Program-made: the position numbers and the translations under genes
Notes under the pieces: generated by a model
What the model was told of the DNA's origin: nothing
What the model saw: the letters and a program-made list of their open reading frames with translations, nothing else
Databases searched by the model: none
Part shown: piece by piece, positions 29,044-43,810 of the stretch
Position numbering within the stretch: position 1 is the first letter of the stretch
How the letters are laid out: each line of letters opens with the position of its first letter
Assembly (NCBI GenBank): GCA_012295275.1
Contig: CM022665.1
Coordinates: 7,254,001-7,318,000 of the forward strand
Source: Chrysomallon squamiferum
Taxonomy: Eukaryota; Animalia; Mollusca
Length of the DNA: 64,000 nucleotides
Direction of reading: 5' to 3'

Positions 29044-31701
29044 ATTTATTTATAAATACGTTATATAAATATTCTTATTTTACTGCTATTACAAGAATAA
29101 AAGCCATGTGGATGAAGTTTGTTAATGGCGAGAGTTGAGAGAGATGAAAATTTTTTATTTATTTTATTATTATTTTTGCTTATCTAATAGAGTATCAAAA
29201 CAACTACATAAATAAACTTTTCATGCCTTTGGTTATATGCTGTCTGCATATGAGCAAATTTGCATTGAGCTGCTGTTTGGAAAGTCCCTAGAAGTAGTTT
29301 GGTCCAACACAACCATCTTCAGCAGTGGTCCTAATTAGTCTTAAACTCTTCCTTTTGACTAATCCAGTTTTTGCTCCTGCTGATATAGCTGTTGGAGTCA
29401 CTGAGGCATGCTCGCTACCTCAGCACATCAAGGAATGTAGCACTGGTTATATGAATTTTTTTTTATGGTGCTAGTATACAAGTGATACTATAGAAGATAC
29501 CACATTTTAAAAATAAATAATGAAAATGCACTTCATGATGCCTGTAACTGCAAAAATGCCACACTGCAGTGAACTGACAAAGAAGATTTGGAAGACAAAA
29601 CCTTCACAATAATGAAAAAGAGGTTCTCTGGTGTTCAAAGAATAATAAACCAAGCTATAATTATTTTGGTTTCAAAGATTGTTGTATTTCAGTACATTTT
29701 AGCTTTGTAACATAAATGGTATGATTTAACATAATTCAAAACATTGAATTTATAATTTTATCTATAATGTACTTTATCACAATGGATGTTAAAGTGCAGT
29801 TGTTCAAAATAATGTTCTACTTTTTGTATTCTATGCTATTATTTTATTGCTTTGGATGAACTGTAATCATTAATAACAAACTATGACAATAAAATAATGC
29901 TACTAAAAATATTTGAACACTTATTTTATCCCTTTACACATGAAGTTTTAGCATACATGCCAGACTGTTTTCTCCCCCCTCAAATTTTAGAAGGAACTAG
30001 AAAAAGCAGTGTGGTCTGTACACAATGAAATCATTACAGGAAAATTACAGAGCCCAGATATTTTTAAACAGTACCCATTTACTTTATGCATTATTATCTA
30101 TTAACATTGGAAAAAAATATTTAAATAAAGCATGAGAAGTATGAAAAATTATATTATACTACTAAAGATACATTTTAAGCTCATTTTGATATAACATCTT
30201 GGCTAGAATGGAAGTTTATTTGTTCTCAAAAAATACATAAACAGTAAATTGTGAAGCTTCAGGCAAACACTTCATCACTGAGATGAAAGGTTTCTAACAA
30301 TAGCTCGCGATTCTAAAATACATTTTATAAGTTTCTTTGATAAATCAGTTCTGGAGTGCTGGTTTGGATGGTAATTAATCAAGTGCATGTACTGAAAATT
30401 AGGGCATGCTTTCATGGTGGAATGTTCACTTTTTTTTTTTTTTCTGTAGAAAAAGAAAAATGCAACATAAAAAGTAAATTATTTATGAATTCAATGTATT
30501 CTGTGAACATTTTCACACACAATCACTATTCAGTATTCTCTCTACAGATAAAATTGATTTGCATAAATTATGACTAACTCTATGAACTTTGGATCTAAAA
30601 AATGAAAAGTTAAAACAATTGTACTAATCCAGATTGTAAATATTGTATGTCAAGTGCAAGATCATTTTACATTATGTAATCAGAATGAATAAGCAGAAAT
30701 TTTAACAATTTAAAAGTTATGTGGCAAAGGATCATGAATATAATTTTAGAATATTTGTTTTTATTTATTAAGATCTGATCAATACATTCAGAAGTAATAA
30801 ACTCTTGCTCATAAAAATTAAATAAAAACAAAACAAAATGTAAGAATTTTGTATACTTTTATTTAAAAATGATTTTCCTCAGAAAAGTTAAACCGGCTAA
30901 ATAATTTCTGAAGTATGCATATATAATTAAATAGATACAAGTCAGTATTAATTTAATACTGACTCATTGTTTCTGATAACCCCTTAATACACTAACAGAA
31001 ATGCTATGTAAACAATAATGAAAATGCTGATTCTTGTGTTTTTTTTCTGAATGATGAACCTTTTCTATAGCTGTTCTACTTTCAACAACAAACACACTTG
31101 TTTATATCACAGATCTCCATTACAAAGAAACAGAGTTTATGTTCAGTTAGTAATTATCTTTTTAAATTTTAAAAGCACAACTTGTCAAAAAAAAAAAAAA
31201 AAAAATTTAAAAAAAATAATTAAAAAAAAAAAAAAAAAAAACCTTGCTCTTTTCTAGTTTCAAAGTAATATGATATCATTCAGATATTTTAAATCCAAAT
31301 TAATCTTTTTTTTTATTTTATTTTTTTTTTTTCCAATCTAGGATAATTTTTCTTAATAAAAATAGTCATTGATATTAAATGGCTTTATCAAGATGTGTAA
31401 CGAAGAAAGGTGTGTCTGTAGTATTTCATTTACTGAATTCAAAAACTCTGAGCCATGTTACTGGCTAAATGTCTTGAGTACTGACTGAATGAGAGAGTAC
31501 AATAAACAAAATGCTTTTATTTTCTTTATTTTTAAATAATAAGTAATCAAATATGCATCAGCCATTCAGACTATTGTGTGATAATGAAACAATTTTGCAC
31601 CAGTTTGTTATTTCATGTTGATTGTATTTTGTGTACATAATGTATTTTCCCAAAACCATAACAATCATTTATTTTAGTCATTTACAGAAAATGCTGTAAA
31701 A

Positions 31702-34700
31702 TTATTTTTTTGTTTTATGAAGATTTGGAGCTGCCAGTTTCACCTTGCCTGGAATATTTCTTGAAACATCAACATCCTGAAAAATTGTATTAAAATATAA
31801 AACTGTCAGTAAGCAAATTTATCTGTTACAATATTTATACTATGTATAGAATCCTTGTCAAATGATTAAAATTGTAATACAACAACCATAGACATTTTTA
31901 ATGTTATGATTAAACTGAAGAAATTTCATTTTTCTAAATTTTTGGAAATTTAATATTTTTCTTGTAAATATAGTTTGAAGAATAAATTCATTAAAATAAA
32001 ACAGAAAATATTTAAAAAAACAAACAAAATGTTACAAAAATATGACTTGAAAGCAAGAGTACACTACCTTCATTATTCTCAGTAGATCTTTTTCTCTAGA
32101 CGACCCACTCTTTTCTTGTAGAAACATGTTTATCGCAGTTTTAGCAGCTGAAACAAGAACAAAAATGTAGATCAATATTTTTATGAATTATAAACAGAAA
32201 TTCTGTTGTTCATTTTCAAAAAATAATAATGAATAAACCAATATGTAGTAATCAGAAAATTTATTTCTGCCTACATTATTTCAAGTGAAAAACAATATGA
32301 GATGCAAACTCTTTTAAAGGATGAACTCTGACCTTTTCCTCTCTTAGTGTTTCCTGGCAGAAGTTTAACCTTGTATCTGAAAAATAATTAAATAAGTAAA
32401 ATAAATAGAATATTGACAATTATGTGGAAAAGTAACGAACAAACGTTATTTTCTATGACCTAATTATTTATCACAATGTGAATTAAAACCAGTATACTTA
32501 TTAATGAAGCATAATACAAATTAGTATGACACAGTTATGAATAATAATTATTTTCCTAAAAATGAGGAAAATCCTTTGATTGTATTTACTGTAGATATTA
32601 TTGAGGCTGTTGAGAAACAGAAAGTTAGTATTCTGTTAGTAATAGTGTCAGTAATATGTGTAATTGAATTGCAAATGACTGCAAATGGGTTACTGTTTAA
32701 TTTTAAAATCTAGTTATTATTTACTTACTTGTAATTAATCAAACAGCTGTAAGGTGCACACATTGGGATGGCATAAAGAATCTCATCTTCAGGTAATGGA
32801 CAACCAGTCAGAGAGTCCAGAATGTCAGTATCCTAAGTAAAAAAAACCCCATCCCATTAAACTAATTATTATATCATCAAAAAACAAAAATGAAATCTAA
32901 ATATCTGATAATTTTTTACAATCCATCATTCATTTTACTAATAAGCAGCCTTTGTAGAAAGCCATTCTAATTATATTAAGAACATATATGAAGAATGCAA
33001 AGATAAAATTTTCCGTTTCAAAAGATTACAAAGACTGACCTTGATTTTAAATACATTAATTTACATGAGATTTTGAAATCCTAAAGATTCAACAAAATGT
33101 AATCATAAATTCTAAAACAAACCATATAAACAAAAAACAAAAAAATAAAATGTTATAATCCATGTTCTTTAACAGTTGTTATATAACATTTTACAATTTT
33201 CTTACAACTACTAATTATGAGAAAGGTTTAAAACTTATACATACATTTGTTGAAGGTAAATTATCATCCACCTTTTCTTCATCTGAATCGAGAGCCTGAA
33301 ATGACATGAAGGTTTTTTTTGCAGAATATAAATATATTAAATAAAAAGAAATTTGTTTAACGATACCTTAATATATTTTATTATGGTTTATTGCTATTAA
33401 ACATTTCTCTTTGGCTACAACCTATTCCATGCACTTTCTTACTCATTTAATCAAAGGCTGTAGTATGTTATTTTATATCAGTGGAAAAAAAAGAGATGAA
33501 AAATCAATAAGATTTATCTTGAAATTTGTCACAAAATCAAGACTGTACTGAACCACTGGACAATATGTCAAATATATTCTGTTTATTTAAACATAGCTAC
33601 AAAGTAGTTTTACCCACCCTGTCTTTTTCAATTTGTTGAATAATACTTAAATACCAAAGATCTCGGAATAAAAATTGGAAAACAGTTTGCATATTATTCT
33701 TTACATACCTCATTGTTGGCTGGTTTCTTAATATTTTTTGAAGATGATACTTTTTTTTCTTCATCTGAAAATAAAAACAAAACTGAATTCTGAATGCTAA
33801 AGTTTAAAAAAAACAAAAAAAAAAAAAACACTGAAAATAATGCTCTTTTTGTCTCTTTATTAAACAGCAAATATGTTTATTTAAACAATTTTACCTGTAA
33901 TAAAAATTCACCTTACCTGCATTTACCAACATGAAGTGCACACAAGATAAAAGAGGAAATTATTAGAAAAAAAAAATGTAAACAACCTTCTTCATCAACT
34001 TGTGTTGCAGACCCTTCTAAAGAGACATCTGTGCTTTTTTCTATTTTATCCTGACATTCTGTCTGTCTGTTTGTAGATTCTCCAGGTTTCTGAAAATCCT
34101 TTGTTGCTTTCTTTTCTTGCTGCTTATTGATTTGGACATTTTTGCTATTTTTGCCTTTTTTGCCCTTTTGAGATACAACTTCTTTCTCAGCTCCTGCTGA
34201 CTTTGTGAGAAAAATAACAAAATATTTTAATAAATTTAAATAATAAAATAATAATGACAACACAGAAATAATAAAAATCAGTTTAAGATAATGATTATGA
34301 TGCGTTTTTTTAACTGAGAATAATAAGAATTTAAGAACTCTTAGGAAAATGAATATACTGAAACATTTGTATATGTGACAATGATGCAGAATTAATACAT
34401 GCATTCTTTAGCTGAATTACATTAATAAAAACAATAAAGTTTGAAATACATGGTTAGTCACTTGTTTATTTCTCAAAACAGTCATTATAAACTTTAAAAA
34501 AACATTAAAATGAAAATTTTAATGCTTAACAAATTTTTGTTAAAATACTTACTGCCAGTATTTCCATTCGCAATTGTCTCTCTTCATCATCCTGGTCCCT
34601 ATACTTTTCTTTTATTTTTTTCCTTCTCCCCTGTTGAAGTACAACAAGTGATCAATGAAATGTAGACCGTGTCATCATATTTTTTTTTTTTTAAATAAAT

Positions 34701-37700
34701 ATTTACAAAAATAAATCTGCATCTACAAACATGGGATGATTTGAAAAAGTTTTTTTTACCTTCATACGGCTAAAATGATACAAGAAGTTCAGTCTCTTCT
34801 TTACTGTAAATAACTTTTTGAATACTTTTGGTACTTTTCTTTTACTCAGGTTTATCTCTGGAAAACAGAGCCTGTGATAAGGACCGAAATTGCTACCCTG
34901 TTCAAACATCTGACACTCACAAAATCTTTCACAAAAACTTTACCACAAAATCAACTAAAAAATACCAGTCAAGTTTAACAGAAAGTGCTCAGTGGCAGCC
35001 ATGCATGTGTCATACTCGCCATTCCTTATCTACACCACTACCTTTACTGCCCTCAGTTTTATCAGAATCAACCATATTTTCATTGTCCCAGAATTGATAA
35101 TGTCTACTTCAATCACTGTTCAAATTTTAAGATGGCCATATCCACTTTGTTAGTGAACAGGTTCAATCTAATTTGTACTATGTAAACCAAAACTAGATTT
35201 TACCCTTTGTCCTCGTTTTGGCTGCTGAACTGCATTTTCTGGTTTTGTACATGCCTAAGACAAATGAATAAATCAAGACGTTAACAGTGTTCTAAAATAT
35301 AAAATTATAATTGCTATAAGGCAAAAGTAATTTTAGTTCCACAGCTATTAAAAAAAGACGTATGTTGGTTTACCTCAATGAGCTCTAATTATATCAAATA
35401 TTTATAATTTAAAAAACAAACTGATGCTTTCTGAACATATTCTCTGTTTATATCAAATCTTAACAGATAGATAACAATCAAATCTAATGTAAATAATATT
35501 TCATATCAGCAACCGATGTCCATTTCTTTTATTCTGTTTCATTATGGCTTATTTTATCTACTATTTATACTTTATAATTTACCAATTTTTGTTTTTCCTC
35601 CTCCTTTTTTTCTGTTTGTTCTTGTTTTAACCATGACACATTATCTTCATCATCATTAAAACTCTGTTCTCTTTTACCTTTTCTATGAAAAGATTTTATA
35701 TAAACAAAACATATTACAAGACACTTGTTGATTATTTATAAATGATCAACTTTCTTGACCTAAAATTAAACATTTTATTTATCTTATTTTTGTTAAATGA
35801 AAATATTTGTTATCAAAGTTTCATATTCATTAAATCGATTCAAAATAATGTTATAAATCTAATTTTACATTAGATTAACTCACCAATTTAATTATCATAC
35901 AAGAATTTCATTAAAATCAATTCAAAGTTTTACTAACCTTGATTGCCTTGCTGATAACTTTGTTCCTTTGTTGACACACTGAAATAACAATGATTAAACT
36001 AAATTATTACTCAAGCTTAATAGTTACATACAACTGCATGCAGTTTAAACAAAAAATTAGAACAGAAAGAGAGGAAGTCCCTGACCTTTTAGCTGAATGG
36101 AAATATTATGTAATTATTTTAAATTATGTAAATTTTCACAATTCCCTTGCCTTCTTTCCTATGGTTACAGGCTGATTATCTCCAAGGAAGATGATTCTGT
36201 TCCCTTCATCATTCAAATCATCATCTGTGTTTGATGTCCTGACATCCCTTTTCAGTTCAAATCTATAATAAACAAGTGTGTTAAAAAATGTCCAGACAAT
36301 TCAAATTGTAGTATTGGTAGAATTCCAATATAACACACCCAAGTTTTAACCAAAGACAATATGTTTATATAAAATCAAATAATGAATACATCAAACAACT
36401 AATTACAGTTCAGTTATTTCATTACTAGCATTTTTAAATTAGATTTTGTACAGTCAGTATAAGTATACAATATTCAGAATTTGTTGTGTAAATATTAATT
36501 TAAATATTTAAAATAATGTTTGAACACAATTTACCAAAAAGTAAACACAACAACAAATATATATACACTGTATGCAAGCATTTACATATTTCTAAAGCTA
36601 CCATGCAGTTGAATAATTAAGTATCCAAATGTGGAGTCAGTTAGCACTTTTTTTTATCAAGTAATAATGATATACTAACTTGTCTCCTGCAACATGCATC
36701 AAGTTGATATAAGTATCTGGAAATACATCCTTCGTGTCTTCATCTGAATGTTTCTCACTCTCTGAAGTTTCTGAATCATCTGTTTCCACTTTGTCCTCTT
36801 GTTCAGTTATATCAGCAGTTAGTTCATTCAGTGAGTCTGAATTTAAGTCAACACTGCTTTTATGAACAAAACATTCACTGGATGAACAAGTGTCACTTTC
36901 AGTTTTAACATCACAGTTTTCGCTTTCTTTCTTTTCTTCACACTCATCTTTCTGCTCCACAGAAACAACAATTTCTTTAACAGTATCCTTTTCTTCATCT
37001 TCTACAGACCTCACTTTTCTTTCTCCTTTATGTCGAAAAATACTTCCATCTTCAAGCTATCAATTCACAAAAAGATAACAAGTAAAAAATGTAATACTTT
37101 CTCTATAATACATCTATTCTTCATATTAACTTTTAAAATCTATTCCAGTCCAATGAAGAAAAAAATGATTCCATGAATCTTTGTTTATTTTTTCATCAGA
37201 GTAAAATTCCAACTCTAAAAAAATTATTTTCTTTTCTTTATATAAATAAAGGTCTTAAAAATCAAGACAGTAATGCAGATTGCAATAAAATCAAAATATC
37301 TTAAAACAGAAAATATTTATTCTGTATAACCTAGTTACTAATTAGCTAGCTCTGAGGGCCCAAAATACAATGTATTTGATAATAGTTGTTAAATATTATT
37401 AGTGTATAATTATCCTTAGCATGCAGCATAAGTTATTTTTCAAAATAATTCTTAAAATAAAAGCATACCTTAAAGATGTAAGCGAATCCATATATCAAAT
37501 ATGAAGGAGGGAGATAATTTTTCTTTCCTGCAATTAAAAAACATAGACATGATTGAAGTTTTTATTTTAAAGTAACAAGTTGGAAACGTTTTCACATCTA
37601 AATAAGTATTTTGATAACATTGAGATTCGTGCAACATTTAAAGAGATCTGTTTGTGATACAAACATAAATGAATTTTCAATACCTCCAAATACTATTTTA

Positions 37701-40700
37701 TTCCACTGGAAGTATTTACAAATATTTTAATTACATACCTCTGACCATGAAACTGCCAGTAGTTAAATACTCTCCACTTGGTGCAGTTTTTGAAACTTGA
37801 TCATGATACACATACCAAGCACTGGTGACAACTTTAGCATCCCATGCTGCACTGTTGCAAATGGCCATTGTTCCTGCTTCATTCAGTGTTTTGGGTGGGA
37901 CTGGTTCTCCTAGAAATAAAGAACAGTATGTATCTATATATACCTGTATCTGTATATGAAGAGATATCAGAATAAAGTAAAAATATTTTATGTTTTTGAA
38001 TGTATAAAGATCTGAGAGATGAAATACCTGAAGGGTTCTTGATGATGCAGCTGCTAGCACCATGGAGATCAGCATGGACATAAAGATCACCTGTCAAAAT
38101 AATTATAATTAGATTTATGTACACAAAACTTAACTATTAGCTTATGTTAGTACAGTCATTTTAATCACTTCTGAGAAATCTTGTTTTAATTCACAAAATT
38201 AAATACAGAATAAATAATATTTTCAGCCAGATTTTTATTTAAATTCAGCTAAAAGTTAACTGTATTAATCAGTATAAAAAACCTTGTATAAATCTATTTT
38301 AAAATCCTTAAAACAATCAACTGGGGACAAACAGAATTTACACCTGTTTTATGACTAATAAACATTTACCTGGTTTAAGGTATCGTTTGACTATGAGTTC
38401 ATTCTGTTGTTGATCTCTTCCACCTATTACCAGGTAGTTCTCTGAACTAATGAACCAGAGAAACTTCTCAAACCTATAACGAGATATTCTGCATCACTGA
38501 GTTTGCTTTTACTATTTTACATATTGTTACATTTTATTTGACCAGGTTCTTGAAGATATTATAATATTTATATATAGAGTAGACTCTCTAAATCTTGAAG
38601 TTGCTGGGACTTGGATTCAAGTTCAAGATATCATTAAATTTGAGATTATTTTAAAACATTGCTGACTGTTCATACAGTTTTTATTAAGAAGTTGATTGCT
38701 ATCAATATCAGTTAATTCAAATACAACCTAATTTAAACACTTTGAAATGTACATACAGTTCATAAAAAAATATAGTCCTGTATCTTATATCAAATCTTTT
38801 TTAAAAACAAATTAAGAATAGAAACAGTTTTATCAAAAAGTTAATACAAAAGTTTAACTTCAAGGTTTCTGGACTGTCAACTGCTTGATATTGCATCCAG
38901 TAAATTCTTTTTTTTCCATTAAAGTCAGACAACTTAGATAAAGCTTGGAAATGTTCATCAGTTGTCATACTAAATAACTCAAGAAACACTGAAAAGATCT
39001 GATAATACTCTTTCACTCAATCCAGTATGGACAGCATTTTATTAGTACTTTTCTGAAGACAATGTCATGATAATCTTTAAATCACTTTAACCACTCATTA
39101 ATGGCATTGAAATATGAGTGATTTAACCATTGTGACATATTGAAAGAACATTTACTGCCAGGTTTCTGTTCCTAATAGTCTTAACCCACATTAAAACTGC
39201 TTCATCAACATCTGCAAATTTAGCATTTCTTATTGGAATTCAAAGCTCCTTTTTAATTTTATCAGCTGATAATGTGTTATATTTAACACCAAACACCTTC
39301 ACAATTTGTACTTTTGGTTTTGTACCAGTTGTCTCATGTTTTTTTCTCAAAGGAATGTACTGTTAACTTTTTCTAGGATCCAGCCATTTTCCCCTTCCCC
39401 TCAATACTAGCATTAGGTTCTTCATGAACTGTTCACAATATTCATTCTCCGACATAATGCTACAGGAATACAGGAGAAATGTATTTTATTTCGATATCAT
39501 TTCTTACTTAAGGTAACAAGTAATTATTTAACTGTAACCATACCTGATCTTATTCTTTGTAGATACACAATCCTAAATTTACCTTTTGAGGCCACAGCTA
39601 TCAAGTGGATTAAATTATTTTTGTTTGACAGTACTAATCAAAAGAGTTAAACAGTGTGAGTTGTAATAAAGAAAACATATTTGATGATATATTTTAAAGC
39701 ACAATACAGCCCACTGATATAAGACATTTGAGACAATGTGGTATATTCAAATCTCAAGATCTGAAACACACAAACAAATTATTACATGTTAATGTAGACA
39801 AACAGGATGACTTTCAAAAAAACTGCACTGAGGTTTGAGAGTCTACTGTAAATTGTTTTGGATATATGGATGTTGTTTAATAAACAATTACAGACACACA
39901 GATGTAATTGTAATAATCTGTAACTCTGTAAATAGAAGTATATAAAGTATGACATTAACAAATGTTTACTTTCACAGATACTGTCAGACAGATATGCTTA
40001 TTATATACTTACCAAAATGTTTTTCTTGTCTTGTTTATGCTAGCTATTATGGCTACCTCTTTTAAAGTCTGTTTTGCTTTCTTCTGCGCTGATTTAATTG
40101 CCTGTAATAAAGAAATAATTTTTAAAAGGTAAACGAAAGAACAGTATTAGAGTACTGACAATCAGATTATCTAAGAATATATCACGTATGGAAATAGAGA
40201 AAGTTATCAACCAAATCCATTTTCACTTAAATAAAAACAATACAGAAACACTTTGATAAATAACACAGTTAATAAGCCTACCTTTGTTGAAGCATCCACA
40301 GTTTTCTGTTCTTTTTTGGCTGCTAACTTTTTCTTTTCAAAATATCTAAAAATAGGAAAAGACCCTTCCAAAATAACAATAAGAAATCTTGTGAAATTAA
40401 TTAATACACATTTGTTAAAATCACTTACTCACAATGCTATGATGATCTCACAATAAATATTATAGTTACTGTATAAAGAATTTATTTTAAACCAAGAGCA
40501 TCTTAAAACAAAGTATCATAACAGGTATGTTGCATCCTGAATTACTTTATTTTTTTATCACCCAATTCTGATACAGAGAATGAAACTATATTTTACATTC
40601 CAAAATACCATCAGTACATTGATATACACATTTGTATTCACTAATGAACCAACCATTTGGTGAATAATAACGGATGGACTTCAATAAACACTGTGAAAAG

Positions 40701-43700
40701 GTAAATTGTTTTCATATTGTTATGAGTATTATTTGGTACATAACGAATAACTTGTTTGATGTGATCCATGTTTAAATTCAGGTATATGTAGGTTTAGAAA
40801 GATGTAATCTTCAATGTTAACTTTAGTTTTTCTTACTTTCTGGAGTTCGCATAAGCACCCAGAGACAGATCAAGTGTAACTCTTAGAGGTTTTATTGGCT
40901 CATATTCACTATCTTCATCATCTGCATCTTCATATGGGTCACTGAAATAATGTAAATATACAAACATTAAACAACACATATTAATTTTCAAATTTACAAA
41001 ATACAATTAATGTTTCTATCAAATTAAACATGCTATATGAATAAAATATCTATATGAAATATACCTTCTCTGAAAACAAATCATTCTGTTAACAAATTAT
41101 TTTTATACTTCACTAAATTTTGTTACAAAATAATGTAATATAAAGACGTAATACAGATCTGTACCATCTCTATAAAAGCAAGAAAATATTGTCAATAACA
41201 GGAGAGAGATTCCAGCTGAATCCTGCACTTAAAGATACCTGAGAAGCAAAGTGATCTGGTTTGTGTCAAGACAGACAGATCTGATGGCACAGGCTACTGG
41301 ATCATTTATTAACTGAGCTTCTTTTATCAGTTTCCAGATCTCTGTCCAGTCAATCTGATTTGCTACAGCACTCCGTACTCTCAGAAGTGCTTGATCAACC
41401 TAATAAAACAAAAACACTGGTACTGTGAGTGTATAAAAAAAACATACATATTTAACTGAAGCACTTTCAAAAAAAATAATTACACATACATAATTTTCTT
41501 CATTTTTAAATTATAAAGAAAAACAAACAAACAAAAATATTTTTAATTTCCAACAAATTAGGATGCTTTTAACTGTGCTGAAGATTCCCATGAAAAGACA
41601 AAATAATTAATTTAGATTCCGTACGTTTGGTAAAAATTAAGATTTAGACTATTTTAACACATTTTATATGCAGAGTAAGTGTTAACATTTCACAAAAGCA
41701 AAAACAGCTGTTATAAAACTCACCAAAGATAGATTCATCTCTATTAGTTGTCCCCGTAACACATCAATTTCCTTTTTTGAACACAAAAACAATTTTTTTA
41801 TTACAATGAAAAAAAAAATAAATAAAATAATTAAAAAAAAGTAACAAATTAACCTTTAATGAGAGCTAATCAGCTGTTACCAAATAATTAATTCAAAAAT
41901 AAAAAAACCATTAAAATAACAAAATGAATAAGCTGAATATTTAGAGCTGTTTTTGATATATTAATTTCTAAACACAATTGGGATTCTTGTTATTTTTTTG
42001 TCTTAAAGCTAAATAAATATATACTGGATGAATCTTGAATGTGTTGAGAATACAGTCTTTAGTTTACTTTCATTCATGAAAGTCCATTACTTTTAAATCA
42101 TTTTCTAACTGTTTCTTTCAGAAAATAAAAGTAACTAAAGTCAAATAGTTTCAACACATTTTGGGGTTAAAATAATCTGACTGGTTGAAAATGTTACAGA
42201 TACTTTTCTACTAATTATTAAGAGTAGCAACCAGTTTTCCAATAGTGTTTCATATATCCATTTATAAAGGATTAAGAAAACAATTCATGAAGAAATTACC
42301 TGTTCTTTCTGAAGATCACATATTCTTTTTTCATGGTCTTTTTTCACATTTTCAAGTTTTTTCAAAGCTGCTTTTTCCTACAAATTACAAAAATATACTA
42401 GTATATATATCAGATAACTACTTGCATTAGTGTCTTGAAAAACATTTTTTTTTTTTTTTAAACAAATTTAATTTACTACTAGTTCTTTGTGTTCTGCATA
42501 ACAAATAATGGTAATAACTTAATAATGCTCCTATAAAGAAATGATAATAATATAAACATGAATTCATAATGTTTTATTAAACAAAAAAGTTATCAAATTT
42601 GGTACCTGTTGTAATGTTTTCATATCTAACTTCTGGCTTTCAACTTTTGAAAAAAATTCATCAACAGCCTACAAATAAAATTGTTTAAAAATTAAAACAT
42701 TAATTGTACTGACACAACTGTAAACAGAATTACATAAATAAAGTTGAAATTCACAACAATTTAAAACTAAGGTTTAATAATATAATATTCTCCGACACCT
42801 CTGCATTCTAACTATGAGCTGCAGCTCACATGCTCCTCATACAAAAGATTAATTAAGATTAATTTAAAATCTGAGACTTACTCTATCAAAGGTTTCAAAT
42901 TCAGAAAACAATTTGTTTTCATGCTGCCTCATAAGAAGAGGATGAAATTCTTCATATCTAGAATATCAAAATAAATATAATATTGAATTACACAACAAAT
43001 AATCTTTTAACATATAATGTTAAATAAAGGTCCAGGTAAAATATGTTTTTTTAATACATAAAAGACTGATTCAACTTGTCAGAAATTAAACGGTGTCAAT
43101 ATTTTTAATTTTGTTTTTTCTATTAGCAAACTGATAAAGATAAATTAGTTGGGCAGAGAAAACAGATATACTTTAGTAAAACCAAGGAATTTTTTTTCTG
43201 GTTTAAATTCTGTAATATAATCATCATTTATAAATTAGTTACACACATAATAATGTCTTGTGAATCTTGTTCTTTTCTTACTGGTCTCTGGTCCTTTTTT
43301 TGTATAACGAAACCCTGAAAAGATATTTATTTTTTATAGTTTTCCATTTTTTATTTCCTCTTACTACCAAATCAACATGGGTTACAGTTATAAAATGACA
43401 GCATCATTGCCATCTTCATAAAACATGTGAATAGGCAACTCATAATTCATTTTCTTCTGAATTTTGTTTATACAGCTCAACAATCCATTATGGAAAGTCT
43501 GAAAAATTTCAAAAGTGCCTTTCTGTTGTAGAAGTCATCACTGATTAAAGTATATTAAACATTTTTACTTAATTTACTCATTACAAATAAATGCAGTAGA
43601 CTATTTCAATTTGTCTTGGAGAATTTCAGACTAGGAATAACCAATGCAGTTAAGTTTATAAATTATACATAAAATGAACTATTTTCATTTGAAAAATAAA

Positions 43701-43779
43701 TCTGCTATATGAAACAGTAACAAAATTTATTTACAATAATACTGCATACTTTTTCTTAATTTCTGTTACTGGCTCTTCA

Positions 43780-43810
<31 letters not shown>

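Noticed and set aside
40942-41238. U12-type intron in NEMF (donor GTATCTTT)
   Set aside because: The donor deviates from RTATCCTT, there is no TCCTTAAC branch site near the acceptor, and the pyrimidine tract is normal U2 type.
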